A DNA stretch of 64,000 nt from positions 27,716,001-27,780,000 of the forward strand of contig NW_024704742.1 in NCBI RefSeq assembly GCF_018977255.1, in the 5' to 3' direction. Below are positions 26,351 to 39,524 of this stretch, piece by piece. The stretch is from Callorhinchus milii. Its lineage: Eukaryota. Under the pieces are notes generated by a model. The model worked only from the letters and a program-made list of their open reading frames with translations, ran no database searches and was not told where the DNA came from. How positions within the stretch are numbered: the stretch's first letter is position 1; every line of letters begins with the position of its first letter. The translations under genes and the position numbers were made by a program.

Positions 26351-27561
26351 ACTGCTAACGACAGCACAGCCTGGCTCATCGGCAGGATATGGAGGGGGAG
26401 ATTAGTCATTGGATGAAGTGGTTCTTCCACTGATAACTCTGTTGATCCTACAAGTCAAAGCTGCATCTTAGGTTTAAACAAGAGTTTCATTTTGTGGGGT
26501 TCACTTTCTGCTGTCTTGGCATTCCTTAATATTTCGATAAAAAGTTAAGAATTCCTTTCTAAGGATCACAGGTCAAGACATCATATATTTCATTTATTGC
26601 AGGTAGCTGTTTCTAACACAGAATCAATTATGAATTCAGACCTGATGCACGGTGTGCCAATGTACGATGTTCAGTGAATTGTTTTTAATCTTTTGCTTGA
26701 TCACTCAGCCGTATGCTGTGCAGATGATCAATGCCCTACCCAAAGTGGGTGAAAGTGGACAAAATATTGTAAGAATGTAAAATAACCTGGGTCACACAAA
26801 AGAGAGCAGCTGAAACTGTGTTGCTCTCTATTAGATATTGGGGATGGGCAGAATTTCTGTAATGATCAACACACAGATATTGTTCAGTTGGCAGAACTCA
26901 TTCATTTTCGATGGGGACTGGTGTATCTCATTTATTTTCCATGGGATCTGTCTACTTAAGGAAACAGAGTGGCAATTGAATTTAAGCCCACAAGTTGGCA
27001 CATGGGTTTCTCTGCAATTGTTCCACATTGGAAGCAAGAACTCATTTCTGTCAGACCAATTCAGTTTAGTTTATAGATGGGAGGGGGTGAGAATGTGGAT
27101 TATATTCCTATCTAATATTTTATGCACATTAGACTGAGATACATTTTCATTGTGGTGAGGTTTATTCCTTTGTAAATGTCCTTTCATCTGGTAATATCAA
27201 TATCTCTATTAAATTGCACGTATGCGGTATTTGATGGATTATACACAGTACAAAACCTGTCATCTGTTGACATTGGAAAGCTTTCTTTTGAAGTTACCAA
27301 TTTATACAGCATAGATGGGTATTGCCAGAAAGGCTATCATTGTCATTGACTGCAACAGATTTGATAGAGAAAGCAACTAGATGGAAATTTTCATTATAAG
27401 TTTTATTAAACCATTTTTCTAAAGGATATCAAGCAAACCCACATGATATGGACCATTACATCTTTTAGAAGCATCTAGTCCAACCAAAAAGCATCATACA
27501 ATGCAGCAGGGATGAGCATTGAATTTAATTTAGACATAGACTCTGTAAATCTGAATTGCAG

Positions 27562-27609
27562 GACCCCTAAAGAACGTGGCACACAAGTCATAATAACAGT
27601 GGTTCTTAC
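27562..27609. repeat. Target-site duplication of the L2 (second copy at 29977-30024)
   Basis: GACCCCTAAAGAACGTGGCA(C/T)ACAAGTCATAATAACAGTGGTTCTTAC, 47/48 identical, abutting both ends of the element. Confidence 0.95.
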
Positions 27610-29976
27610 AACAACAACAAGATTCCATTTATAGAGTGCCTATCATGTCGGGAGGATGTCCCAAGGCGTTGTACAGTTGGGTCAGGACCCGAGCAAGGGG
27701 GAAGTGGTCAGGGTGAGGGGAGGGAAGGGAGGGAGCGAGGAGGGGGTAGAGAGTCGAGAGGGGAGCTGAAGGCACGATCAAAGAGAAAGGTCTTGAGACC
27801 GGCCTTGAAGGAGGAAAGGGAGGAGGCGGCGAAGGCACTGGGGGATAGAGTTCCAGAGCCTTGGAGCTGAGAGGCTGAAGGCCCGGCCACCGATGGTAGG
27901 GCGGTTGGGGCGGGGGATGTGGAGCAGACCGGAGCCAGAGGAACGGAGGGTACGGGCAGGAAGGTAGGGGAATAGTAGGTTGGAGAGATAGGAGGGAGCG
28001 AGGCCGTGAATGGCCTTGTAGGTGAGGATGAGGATCTTGAAATCGACCCTCTGGGGATGGGGAGCCAGTGGAGGCGAGCGAGGGTGGGAGTGATGCGGTC
28101 CCGAAGTCTGGTGCGGGACAGTACACGAGCTGCAGAGTTCTGAATGACCTGCAGCTTGTGGAGGGAGGTGGCGGGAAGGCCGGCGAGGAGAGAGTTCCCA
28201 TAGTCCAGCCTTGAGGTGATAAAGGCGTGGACCAGAGTTTCAGCAGCGTGAGGGTTGAGGTAGTGGCGTAGTCTGGCGATATTCCGGAGATGATGGAAGG
28301 CGGTGCCAGTTGTGGTGCGGATATGAGGAAGAAAGGACAGCTCAGGGTCGAACAGAACACCGAGGTTCCTGACTGACTTTGAGAGGTGGAGAGTGCAGCC
28401 TTGGATGCTGATGCTGTCGGCGCCTGAGGTGCGGAGACGCTGACACGAGCCAATCAGGAGGGCCTCAGTTTTACGCACGTTGAGCTGAAGAAAGTTGTCT
28501 CTCATCCAGGACTCGATGTCGGACAGGCAGGACATCGATGTCAGGACATCGGTGGTCATGGAGTTGAGGGTAGAGGAGGAAAGGAAGAGTTAGGTGTCAT
28601 CCGCATACATGTGGAAGTTAACCCCATGTCTGCGGATGATGTCACCAAGGGGGAGCGTATAGAGGGTGAAGAGGAGGGGACCGAGGACAGAGCCCTGAGG
28701 GACACCGCACAAGACAGTGCGGGGGCTGGAGGAAAAAAACATTCGTGGAAACAAAGTTAAGACGGTGGTAGAGGTACGACTTAAACCACTCAAGGACAGG
28801 GCCTTGAAGGTTGAGGTGGGAGGACAAGCGGTGGAGGAGGATAGCGTGGTCGACCGTATCGAATGCTGCCGATATGTCGAGGAGGACGATGAGGCAGAGG
28901 GAACCCTGGTCACAGATGGTCAGGATATCATTGGTGACCTTGACCAGGGCGGTTTCTGTATTATGGGCAGCACGGAAACCCGGCTGAAGGGGTTCCAAAT
29001 AATGAGTGGGTGGAGAGGAAAGAGCGCAGTTGGGAGGCGACAACTCGTTCCAGGACCTTGGACAGGAAGGGGAGGTTGGAGATGGGCTGGTAGCTTCATA
29101 GCTGCGACGCATCAAGGGAGGGTTTTTTCAAGGTGGGAATGATGGTGGCAATTTTTAAGGGAATGGGAACAGAGCCAGAGGAGAGGGACAGGTTGACGAT
29201 GTCTGTGATATGTGGGGCAAGGAGGTGGAGCTGGGAGATAAGAAGTGGAGTGGGGATAGGGTGAAGGGAACAGTTGGTGGGTTTCAGGGATAGGATGAGT
29301 TTGGTGACAGAGGGTGGGGAAACGGGTAGGAAACTGTAAGGGGAGGATGGGTAGGAGTCGGAGTGTGGGAGGGAGGGGGTGGGGGGTGGGTGGATGTTGG
29401 AGGGGAAGTGACCGCGGAGCGAATTCCCTTGATTTTGGATTCAAGGAAATCCAGCATCTCCTCGCAGTGAAGGTTGGAGGAGATGACCTGCGCGGGGTGG
29501 CGGGGGGGACGGAGGAGTCGGGATGTGGTAGAAAACAGTAGCCTGGGGTTGTCCTTCGCCTCCAGGATTATCCTGGAGTAGAAGGACGACTTGGCCGAGG
29601 CTAGAGTGGAGCGGTAGATTTTGAGGAGGTCCAGCCAGATTTGTTGGTGGACCGTTAGGCCAGATTTGACGCAGGTGCGTTCAGCAGCCCGCACCTGGCT
29701 CTTCAGTGAGCGGAGGTGGGTGGTGAACCAGAGGGAGGAGCGAGAGTAGGAGACAGTACGGGAGGTGATGGGGTCAAGAGTATCGAGTGTGGAGGAGAGA
29801 GTGTTGTGGAGGAGGGTGAGAGGAGAAGAGGGGTCAGTGAGGGTTGAAGGCCAGAGGGAGAGGAGTTCAGAGGACTACAAGGCAGCGGTTAGGGATTGTG
29901 GGGGTAACTTCTTCCAGGGGCGGTAGAAGATGGTGGTGGGTCTGGTGGAGGTGGGGAGGGGGGTGAAGGAGATGAA
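27610..29976 (-). mobile_element. 5'-truncated L2-clade LINE (2367 bp), ORF2 with RT domain, frameshifted and stopped
   Basis: [83 protein letters not shown] and LHWLP motifs. (TTG)n tail; 48-bp TSD. Confidence 0.97.
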
Positions 29977-30472
29977 GACCCCTAAAGAACGTGGCATACA
30001 AGTCATAATAACAGTGGTTCTTACTCATCATCCTTAGTACGGATGAAACTGATTTGCATAGAATAGATTTGCCTGTTAAGCCGCATGGAAAAGAATTGAT
30101 AAAATTTTGAACCTACATGCTAAATAGCCATAGAATTATCGTATGGCTATTTCAATTCCTCTCCAGAGAAGTGAAAGTAGATGGCTGCCTCTATTCTCAT
30201 TCCTGCAGGTGCCAGGGATCAGATATCTCAAAAGCCACAAAGGTTTGAGCCTTCTATGAGGTTGCCCCACATTTACACTGTCCCAATGGAGCTTCATTCA
30301 TTCATTTAACTGCAGGGGGTCAGAGAGATTGCTCCATTATCACTAAAAGATGTACTGAATTCCTTCCTATTTCCCGCTAAACTACCAGGAATCAGGCAGA
30401 TTCAATGGAAACAGAAAGGGTAAATTGCATTGGAGAAGCTAATATTTAATAGCAAGAAAAGAGTAATATTTA

Positions 30473-30670
30473 TGCAAGTATGTAGGAACCCGACAGTTAG
30501 TCGATTGGCGGATCGCTTTTCCGGGGGTAATAATAGTTTTTAAAAAATTGGTAACTCACTGTTTGTGCACAGTCGGCTGTTACATTTCACCTAAAAATGA
30601 TACAGTTAATTCACTTTACAGTATATTATGTGAAGCACTTTGAGATGTCTTGAAGACATGAGAAAACTAT
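30473..30670 (+). mobile_element. SINE long variant, 5'-truncated
   Basis: taggaacccgacagttagtcgattggcggatcgctttt followed by the shared 3' body. Confidence 0.75.
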
Positions 30671-31344
30671 ATTAAAAAAGAATTAATTAAAAAATATATA
30701 TATCTTCGATAAGAAGCTCTATATCTGAACTGTGAAGATTGTCTGGCAGTCTTGTAGCACAGCACCATGCCAACACACAGTCCTGCAGAATGAGGGGCAC
30801 AGAACGTGTAGCTGTGGTTCTCGATAACAATGAGTTCTCAAACTCAGTCATCCTGTTAAGGAAGAGAAAGTATAATCTAAGAAAGCAACATCTGAGAGCA
30901 GCCTTGAGAGCTCGAGCATTTGGCTGTAGAGCAACTCAGTGAAGACTTTGGTTGTAATCTGAAATTTGGGGGTCTGTAGGACCCATTCCCACATTGGAGA
31001 GTGTCTATTCCAACCAAGGGAACTGTGGCATTCATTTTGATTAAACAATAAATTAATGATTGGACCACGTTGCCGGGATGGATGGTTCAGGCTTAGGACA
31101 TTGGATTTGTTTAAAAACAGCACCTGAAAGGATGAGATCAAATTGGCCGAAGGGCCTTTTTCAATCAACCCAATCTTGTGATCTTCTTTTCTCTTCTCTA
31201 CAGCAGTGAATATGCTAGGTATTTAACCTGATGCATAGTTCATCATGGGAGCTATGCAGTAATTGTTGTTGGGTGGTAAAAAAAGAGATGCTCAGTGAAG
31301 TCAAGTAATTCTGGATAGGTCAGGAGCTTTTAGGTACCAGAATA

Positions 31345-31420
31345 TTAGGGGGGTGGGGGCAGGTGGTGGGCTGGTGGTGGGGGGGTGTGGGAAGGTGGAG
31401 GGGATGGTGGGGCAGGTGCT
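31345..31420 (+). repeat. G-rich tract with G-quadruplex potential
   Basis: More than four runs of at least 3 G with short loops. Confidence 0.55.
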
Positions 31421-32187
31421 GAGGTTGTAACATGCGGTTCTTTAATAAGGAAACTCAGGGTCTGCTAACTAGAAATATGTCACATTCATCTTGTTGGCTT
31501 GGGTGAACTCTGCTCTGAAAATAGATCCCATTAGAGCAGAGTTCCTGAGAATTGACATGACATACTTCTGGTTTGCCTATTAAGGAATCCCATTAGAAAT
31601 TATCACACACTAAACCTCATAATGTGTGATGAGGCAAGAACCATTTGCCAATAGAAGGAAGATGAGTCAAATCACCCTTAGATCAGCTGTTCTTTTCTAG
31701 GTTTTTTTGTATCTCTTTTGACAATATATTCATCAAAAACCACCTCAGCTGATAACATCAAAGAAATAACACAGAAGAAATAACAATACCTTATCGTGGA
31801 AACCATAAAAGATGGTTGAAGGAGCTGCTAATTTCTGACATTTCTAACAAAGGAAATGAAATGCTATTTGCTTCAAATTACAAAAAAAATTTAAGATGGC
31901 ACTTCATGCAACAATCTGAAGCAGAAAACATGTCTTTTTATTACTGAAGTGGAATAAAGATGTTATCCAAATGAAACCTTCTAATTCTGAACACAATTTG
32001 ACATTGAAAAGGATAACAAAATTGCAGTCTACTTTGATATCTTATTTATTAAATGAATGAAACAGAAATCTATATTCACAAGTATCCCACGATCGGGCAA
32101 CCAATCATACAGAGTAAATGATGACAAGGAATACATTACAGGATCAAAAGCACATGTGGGCTAACAGGTGAAATCACCTGTTGCGTA

Positions 32188-32466
32188 AATAATAATAATA
32201 ATAATAATAATCCTTGCATTTGATATAGCGCTTTTCACGTCGGGAGGACGTTCCAAAGCGCTTCACAGAACACACTGTAAAGTGAATTGACTGTATATTT
32301 GTGGGCGAACGCGGCAGCCAATTGCGCACAGCAATGTCCCACAAACAGTCATGGATTGAAAATGACCAATTTATTATTGTTTTTTTTTTGGTTTTGGAGG
32401 GATTATTATTAGGCGTGTGGAGTAAGGAAACTTGCCCAAGGTTTCGCCCTGCCTGGAAATGAAACC
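32188..32466 (-). mobile_element. tRNA-derived SINE, short variant, with an L2-matched 3' stem
   Basis: (AAT)n tail, cacgtcgggaggacgttccaaagcgc and the shared body; head truncated near the B box. Confidence 0.92.
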
Positions 32467-32749
32467 AAATTAAGAGCGGAGCTTGTTTTTTGATACCTTA
32501 TTTCTTAGTGAATAATATCTTAGAGAAAGCCACTTCTGGCTGTTTCTGACCATGCACAAATTGGCTGCCATTTTTGCCCACAGTACACACAGTCATTCCA
32601 CTTTACAGTGTATTCTGTGAAGTGCTTTGAGACATTCTCCTGTCGTGAAAGGCACCGTATGAAACATAAGGATTATTATTATTAGAAAATGATTAAAAAA
32701 AAGTTAATGTTCTTGTGTTTCTCATATTCACGCGAGAGAGAGAGAAATG

Positions 32750-33100
32750 ATAATAATAATCCTTGCATTCGATATAGTACCGTATCACATTGTCGAGACG
32801 TCTCAAAGCACTTTACAGATTATACTGTGAAGCGAATTAACTGTATATTTTGTGGGCAAAACATGGCAGCCAATTACACACAGCAACATCCCACAAACAG
32901 TCGTGGATTGAATGACCACTTTTGTTTAAGGGATTATTAACCTCAGAAAGCAATCCGTCAATCAACTAACAATTGGGTTCCTACTTACTGCTAGGTAAAC
33001 AGAGGCATGCGGAGTAAGGAAACTTGCCTGGTCAGAAATGAAACTCGGGTCTTCTCGCTTGCAAAGCGAGTGCTGTAAGCAATTCGCTACAGCACTCCAC
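32750..33100 (-). mobile_element. tRNA-derived SINE, long variant
   Basis: Head (gctacagcactccac on +), internal module, tail. Confidence 0.9.
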
Positions 33101-34117
33101 ATACGATGCAAAAAAAATTTGCAACTTACAAATCCGTAACTCCAGCGCTCCCACAGAAAGTAGGAAGAAAATAACTTGGGAGACAGCTGTTGGCAGAACT
33201 GCTGTGGTTTTGCCAGCAGCATGTGGTAAAATGAGTTCAGGACTGTGTTCTCCTGCAAACATTTGCCCAAAATGGTTTGGGCGATGAGCAATTTGGAATT
33301 TTAGGCATTGTAAATTCATACTTTGCTGTGTGTGTGGGCTTTCAATAATTAAATGTGTTACAGAAGTTTTGAAAGAATGTCTGGTAGTGGGTTGTGTTTA
33401 CAGGCCACCGTTCCATCTATTCAAACAGCAAAATCCCTCATTAGAAATGCAGATGCTCTGCAAATGACCTGCTGGGGTGAACATCCTTGAATTGTCACTT
33501 GTCACTGATGGCACTAATTATCAGGTTGATTCAGCTTCATCAGTTCCTGTAGATGTTCTCAGCAGCTAAAGTAACTGATCTGAATGTTCACTTGTCTTGC
33601 CTTTAATGTTAATGAAATGATAATTACAATCCTACAAAAGACTGGATCAATCTTAAATAGAACACAAAAGTACCGATCGCCAAACAACTTTCAACGTGAC
33701 ACAATTGGAAACACAAAAATAGCATATGAACTCATCATAAAGCACTTTACATTTCTAAAGCTGATTTGTAGTGACCTGAACTACAATCATTGCACAATGA
33801 AGTGTTTTTGTGCTGATTATAATTTTTTTGGTCAGCCGGGTGTCTGATACAGGCAGAAACTCAGCACCATGCTTAACACCATCCAGATTTTAAAATGAAT
33901 GGCTTAATACTAAATATTAGCAGATTTTTCAAGTAACGTAGAAAAAAATGAAGTGGAAGAGACACCTTGTCAATAATCCTTGCATTTGATATTGCATCCA
34001 TAACATCAGTGTCTCAAAGTGCTTTACAGGTAATGGTTATCAAGTATAATTGCTGTGTATTTGCGGATGAATAGGGCAGACAATTTGCACACGGAGTGAA
34101 CAGTCAAGAAGTGAATG

Positions 34118-34530
34118 GCAACTTTATACAAAATTGCATTTGTAAAGCGCCTTTCACGTCTGGAGGACGTCCAAAGGTGCTGAACAATCAGGGATTAGGA
34201 CCCGAGCGGAGGGCAAGGAGCGTAGGAGGGTGGCCAATAGCATGGTCGAAGAGGAGGGTCTTGAGGCGTGCCTTGAAGGAGGCAAGGGAGGGAGCGAGCA
34301 AAGGAAATGTGGGATGGAGTTCCAGAGGGTGGGGGCAGAGAGGCTGAAGGCCCGACCATCGATGTGGAACAGGCCGGTTTGGGGACATGGAGCAGGCTGG
34401 AGCCTGCTAAGCGGAGGATGCGGACAGGTTGACAAGGGGTTAGCAGGTTGGAGAGTAGGAGGGGGCAAGTCCATGGAGAGCCTTGAAGGTGAGGATGAGG
34501 ATATTGAACTCGAACCTCTGAGGGATGGGA
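34118..34530 (-). mobile_element. L2 3' fragment
   Basis: GRAFSLSAPTLWNSIP and LASFKARLKTLLFDHA motifs; 3' end as in the 27610 copy. Confidence 0.9.
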
Positions 34531-36769
34531 AGATTGACAGACTGCACTAACCGACATACAATGGACAACATGAAGCTGCTTGCATCAACGGCATTTTCAT
34601 ATGTAAAGTCATAGAATCATAGAAATTTCAGTGCAGAAGGAAGCCAATTGACCCCTACCCCCACTCTCCCTCACCCCAAAGATGCCCCAGAATCAAAACA
34701 CAATACCAGTCTTCAATACCAGCCTCAATCACCTGAGTAAGTTGGAACACCCCATGTGAAATAAAACAAGGGAAATTAATGGTAATTGACAGCAATTAAA
34801 TTCAATTAAAAAGTGAGAGACCAAATGCTTCGAGGCTAACTGCTTTAGAAGGAATAACAAATCCCATTCTGGTAAGCTTAAATGAGATGGGGGGACTCAT
34901 GTAAATGAAGTAGTAGGAACACACTCTGCTTGGTAAGTTACACGTGAGTTAGAGCACTGAAGCCTAAGGCAGCACTTAAGAGGTGAAGCGTGAATGATAT
35001 GACAGATGGAATGAGAGAGTAATGTGGAGAGAGAGAAGCTTTAGATTTTCATGGTGATCGACTACAATAATTCCTTGGTAAAACTTGTATTTAGCGCCAG
35101 AATTATTAATCGCTTCCTGTGAACATTACCAAGAGGTCAGTGACATTAAATTATTTATTTGGCCAGCAGGATTCACAATTCGTGACCTTGTACGACTCCT
35201 GATGACCACTCTACAACCCCATCCCACCGACCCCTGAAATCTAACATTAGGTGAAGCCGTTCCCAACCATTAACAGCAAACAGAAAAGGCCTTAAGTGTC
35301 ACCTTGTCTTAGCCTGTACCACCATTTTGTTTTCGAATTTAACATTGCGCAGAATTGTAGGAAATTCGCTCATCTGTTAGAAGTGTGTTTTCTTCAGTTC
35401 TTAAAAGGAAGCCACTTCCAGCTCAAGACATAATTTTTCAGAATTTTCCACAATTCTACTTAGTCTTAAGGCAGCAGTTAACTTAGCTTTATAGGCTGAC
35501 ACTAGATCCAATTTCGGGTTGTAGATACCATGGGAAGATTTCAAGAAATTACTCTAAGGATTCTCACATTGGTTGCGATCCAGTTTCTTTCTTTTGTTAC
35601 GTGATTTGGTGTGTGTGCGTATGAAAAATTTGAGCATTTTAAAAGACGACTGTATAAAGTGTAATTCCACTATGTGGGGGGGCTCATGTAGTTCCTGGAT
35701 GGGAAAAGTCAACATCAAATTTCAGGCCTGTTCAATGACAACCAAATTGGCAATCTACGTTTTTTTTCAATAAAGCCTCAGAACCAAACAATTCTGTGGA
35801 CGTCAAGGGAAAAATGACCACAAAATGAAGGGAAAAATGTGATGTTTTCCACAATCACAAAGCTCTGCTGCTGTGCTGAATTCTTGAGACCATCTATAGC
35901 CCCTACCATTGCCATGAGGCTGGGTAAGTGAAGCTCACTGACACTGGCTCTGTTGAAACAATAAGGCCAAAATTGCCATTGTTGTTTCAAATGGTAAAAC
36001 ATTGCGTTTCAGTACTGTTTCATGTGATATCTCGCAAATTCACGAAATTGCTTTTCAGCCATTCCTCATGCGAACAAAGAGTGTAGACACCAGTGATTTT
36101 TATGAGCTTTGACCCAACCATTTCACTGCAGTTGCAAAGGGAGGGTGGTGAGGAAATTGAAATCACAATTTTGTATCAAATCGGTCCTGATGCATTGCAT
36201 TTTTCACTCCACTGTCTCCTTAGCCAAGGCGGGAAAGTGTAGAAATGCAATCCATATGTTCTTGCAAAGTGAAACACACAACGATGCTGGAAGTCAACAT
36301 TATTAGTCCTTGATCAGTCACTTCCTTCCCTTGATGTTTTTCCTCCCATCCCAGGAGCCATATGGCATTCAATCATCTCTATCCATATTTATTCTTATAA
36401 CCCTCAATCACGTATCCTTTCAGATATTAATTCAGCCGTTTTGAAAGCTGTTAATCAACATAGTATTAACTTCTTTAGTTGGAAGTCTGTTCATATATTC
36501 ACAGATCCATGGGGAAAATAAATTCTTTGTAACCTCAAGTCTTGCTTAAATCACATTACATTTGTCCCCATGTCCTTTAGTTCTGTACTGACAGCTCTGT
36601 TTAAACATTATCAATCCCTCTCCTGAATTAAGTTCCTTCTCACCCTTGACTTGTATCTTCATAGTCTCTTCGTAGAAGTGAAAATCTTATTTTCTAAAAT
36701 ATCCTAGTGATTTTTCTCACAATTCTCCAATGCATTAATGGCCTTTAGAAAGTAGGATTCCTAATTTGC

Positions 36770-37100
36770 ATACTACAGTGCAATGCTGGGGGAGGGCTGC
36801 ATTGTTGGAGATGCCATCCTTCAATGTGATGTTATACCAAGCTCCCGTTTGCTTATTCAGGTAGATGTTAAAGATCCCATGCCACTGTTCAAAAAGAGAA
36901 AGTAGTTTTTCCTCGTGTCAGACCCACAATTCCTCAAATAAAAATGGTCACTCACATCATGGCTTTTTTTTGGACGTTATATGCAAATTGGCTGTTGTAT
37001 CCAAATACAAAATACAATCACTATACATTAGTGTAAAACCTGTGAAGCTCATTGAGATGTGCTCCCCTCATGAATTTAAAATGTTATATAAAATGTAAGA
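36770..37100 (+). mobile_element. Old Deu-domain SINE, decayed
   Basis: gctgcattgttggagatgccatccttcaatgtgatgtta...aaagatcccatgccact. Confidence 0.7.
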
Positions 37101-37690
37101 ATCACTTTTTTAAAAAACAAGTATTCCAAATCTATCCTCACCAATGATCAGTACTTCATCCATTAAACAACCCCCTCTGCTACTTATTGCTCAAGCAGGG
37201 TTTGATCCAACTGATAGGTTACTGAAGAAGTCAAGTTTAAAGGTACTTTGGTTTACGAATGGGTGGGTGCTTACTTAATAGAAGAAACACAGGAATAATT
37301 AACAGTTCTGGAATAAATCTAATCAAAGTATTGATAATGCAGATGAGCTATTCTGATTGTGCTACTGACAGTGTTACTTCTGTTTTGAATTTACTGCTTC
37401 AGAAGGTTATCACAATAACACAGCCATAGGTAGATCAGCTGCAGTATAGGTGCAGTTGTGATAAGACAACCGATCTAAAGCATAATTATCAGTTTTTGCT
37501 CCATCAGAAGAAGACAGACATGTGCACCTGTTCCAGGCAAACTGAGTGCTAAAGATATGCTCAAAATAAAAAAAAGGAATTGTAATAATCGTTGCATTTG
37601 ATATAGTGCCTTGTCACAACATCAAAGTGCTTCACAAAATTTACTGTAAAGTGTAGTGACTGTATTGTAGGCAAATGCAGCAACCACTTT

Positions 37691-38478
37691 ACAACAACAA
37701 CAACAAAATGCATTTGTTTCGCAAAGTCAAAGAGGAGGGTCTTGAGACGGGTCTTGAAGGAGGCAAGGGAGGGAGTGAGGTGGAGGGACTGCAGGATGGA
37801 ATTCAGAGGGTGGGAGCAGTGTGGCTGAAGGCCCACCCGCCAATGGTTGGGTGGGCGAGGCAGGAGATATGAAGCAGGCCGAAGCCCGCTGAGCCGAGGA
37901 AGTGAGATGGTTGGTAGGGGGGTAGGAGGTTGCAGAGGTAGGGGGGAGCAAGGCCATCGAGGGCTTTGAAGGTGTGGACCAGGATCTTGAAGGTGTGGAC
38001 CTCTGTGTGATGGGAAGTCAGTGGAGTTGGGCAAGGATGGGGGTGATAGGGTCACGGAGCCTGGTGCAGAGGAGGACACGGGCTGCAGAGTTCTGGATGA
38101 TCTGCAGCCTATGGAGGGAGGATTTGGGGAGGCCGACAAGTAGGGAGTTTACATAGTCGAGCTTAAATGTTATGAATGCGTGTATCAGGGATTCGGTGGT
38201 CTGCGGTGTGAAACAGTGGCGAAGCCAGGCGATGTTGCAGAGGTGGGGGAAGGCAGAACAGGTCATGGCATGGATGTGGGGTAGAAAGGATAGTTGAGGG
38301 TCAAACAAGATGCCAAGGTTCTGGACTAGTTTAATAAGGTGGAGTTTGCATCCTTGGGTGGTGATGCTGTCAGCGCCTGAGGTGTGGAGGCGCTGACGGG
38401 AGCCAATCAGGAGGGCCTTAGTCTTATTGACGTTCAACTGAAGAAAGTTAGCTCTCATCCAGGACTTGATTTCTGACA
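37691..38478 (-). mobile_element. L2 3' fragment (~0.8 kb)
   Basis: WMRANFLQLN..KT.ALLIGS...LIHAFIT.KLDY.NSLL; (TTG)n tail. Confidence 0.93.
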
Positions 38479-38489
38479 GATATTCAGGC

Positions 38490-38810
38490 AGGACCATACT
38501 TTACAAACAGTATTGTCCCACAAGCAGACATCAATTTAATGATCAATTTTATCTGGCTGTTATTGACCAGGATACTTGGAGAAATTCCATTCCGTTTTCG
38601 AATAGTGCCATGGGATCTTTAATATCCACTTCAACATGGAGACAGGACTTGGTTTAATGTTTCATCTCAAGGACAGCACCTCTGACAACTCAGCCTACTC
38701 CCAGCACTACACTGGAGTGCTGGTCTAGACTGTGAGGTCAAAGTCCTGACTTGGGGTTTGAACCGGTAACCTTCTGACTCAGAGGTAAGGTTGCTATCAA
38801 CTGAACCAGG
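38490..38810 (-). mobile_element. Old tRNA-headed Deu-domain SINE
   Basis: gtgccatgggatcttt...ggtttaatgtttcatctc...accttctgactcagagg, the reverse complement of a SacSINE1-like head and core. Confidence 0.75.
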
Positions 38811-39524
38811 ATGAGCCCTAACATCCAACTTATAAGTTAATGTTTCAGAGTCCCAAACTTCATAGAGAGTACAGGAGATTGGAAGATTGATAATGGTTAC
38901 CCATTTGAACTCCATAATTGGTGCGATTTCAGCGCTTTATACAGTGACCTTTTAAAATGCTTAAATTGCTAGATTAGTTTTCGCAGTAAACATAAAAAAA
39001 CGAATCATAAGTTGATAAGTTCAGGCGTAGGCATTATTCAGATGTTGACATGTTGCCAATATCATGTTGATTCATTGCCAAACAAACAGTATAAATGAGC
39101 ATGAATGTAAAACCTCACTCTATACAATATATGTTATGTCACCTGAGGCAATGAGTGCTGGATAAATAGATGAGGATGGGTCAAATGGTGTTTTCTTGTC
39201 TAATGCTTTTTCCATGTTCTTCTGTAAAATAAAGAGTGGCAATTAGTTAGCTTCAAGAGGCACTTGTCTTGATGGGTTAAAAAAAAAGTTTGTCTTTATT
39301 TGTTTGCAAACACAAATCATGTGATGTGAATTGTGCTGCGGCATCATCCCGCCCAGTTGTGTCTCATATGACTTCACTGAAATTGATGCCTCTCCTCAAC
39401 GTGTGGGTCAAAATTATTTTAAAGCTGTGATCTCTCTCAGTTTTCAGATGACAGCTACGAAACTCTCCAGATTGTTGCTTGTTGATCTCGTGCGTTATGG
39501 ATTCTGCCACCTGAATCCCTCCTC

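Noticed and set aside
29112..29444. Proline-rich ORFs as the formin FH1 exon
   Set aside because: Wrong strand and position; they are the C-rich linker and alternative frames of the L2 element.
27629..29694. Intact autonomous retrotransposon or cellular RT gene
   Set aside because: 5'-truncated, with ORF2 broken by several frameshifts and a stop right after YADDT.
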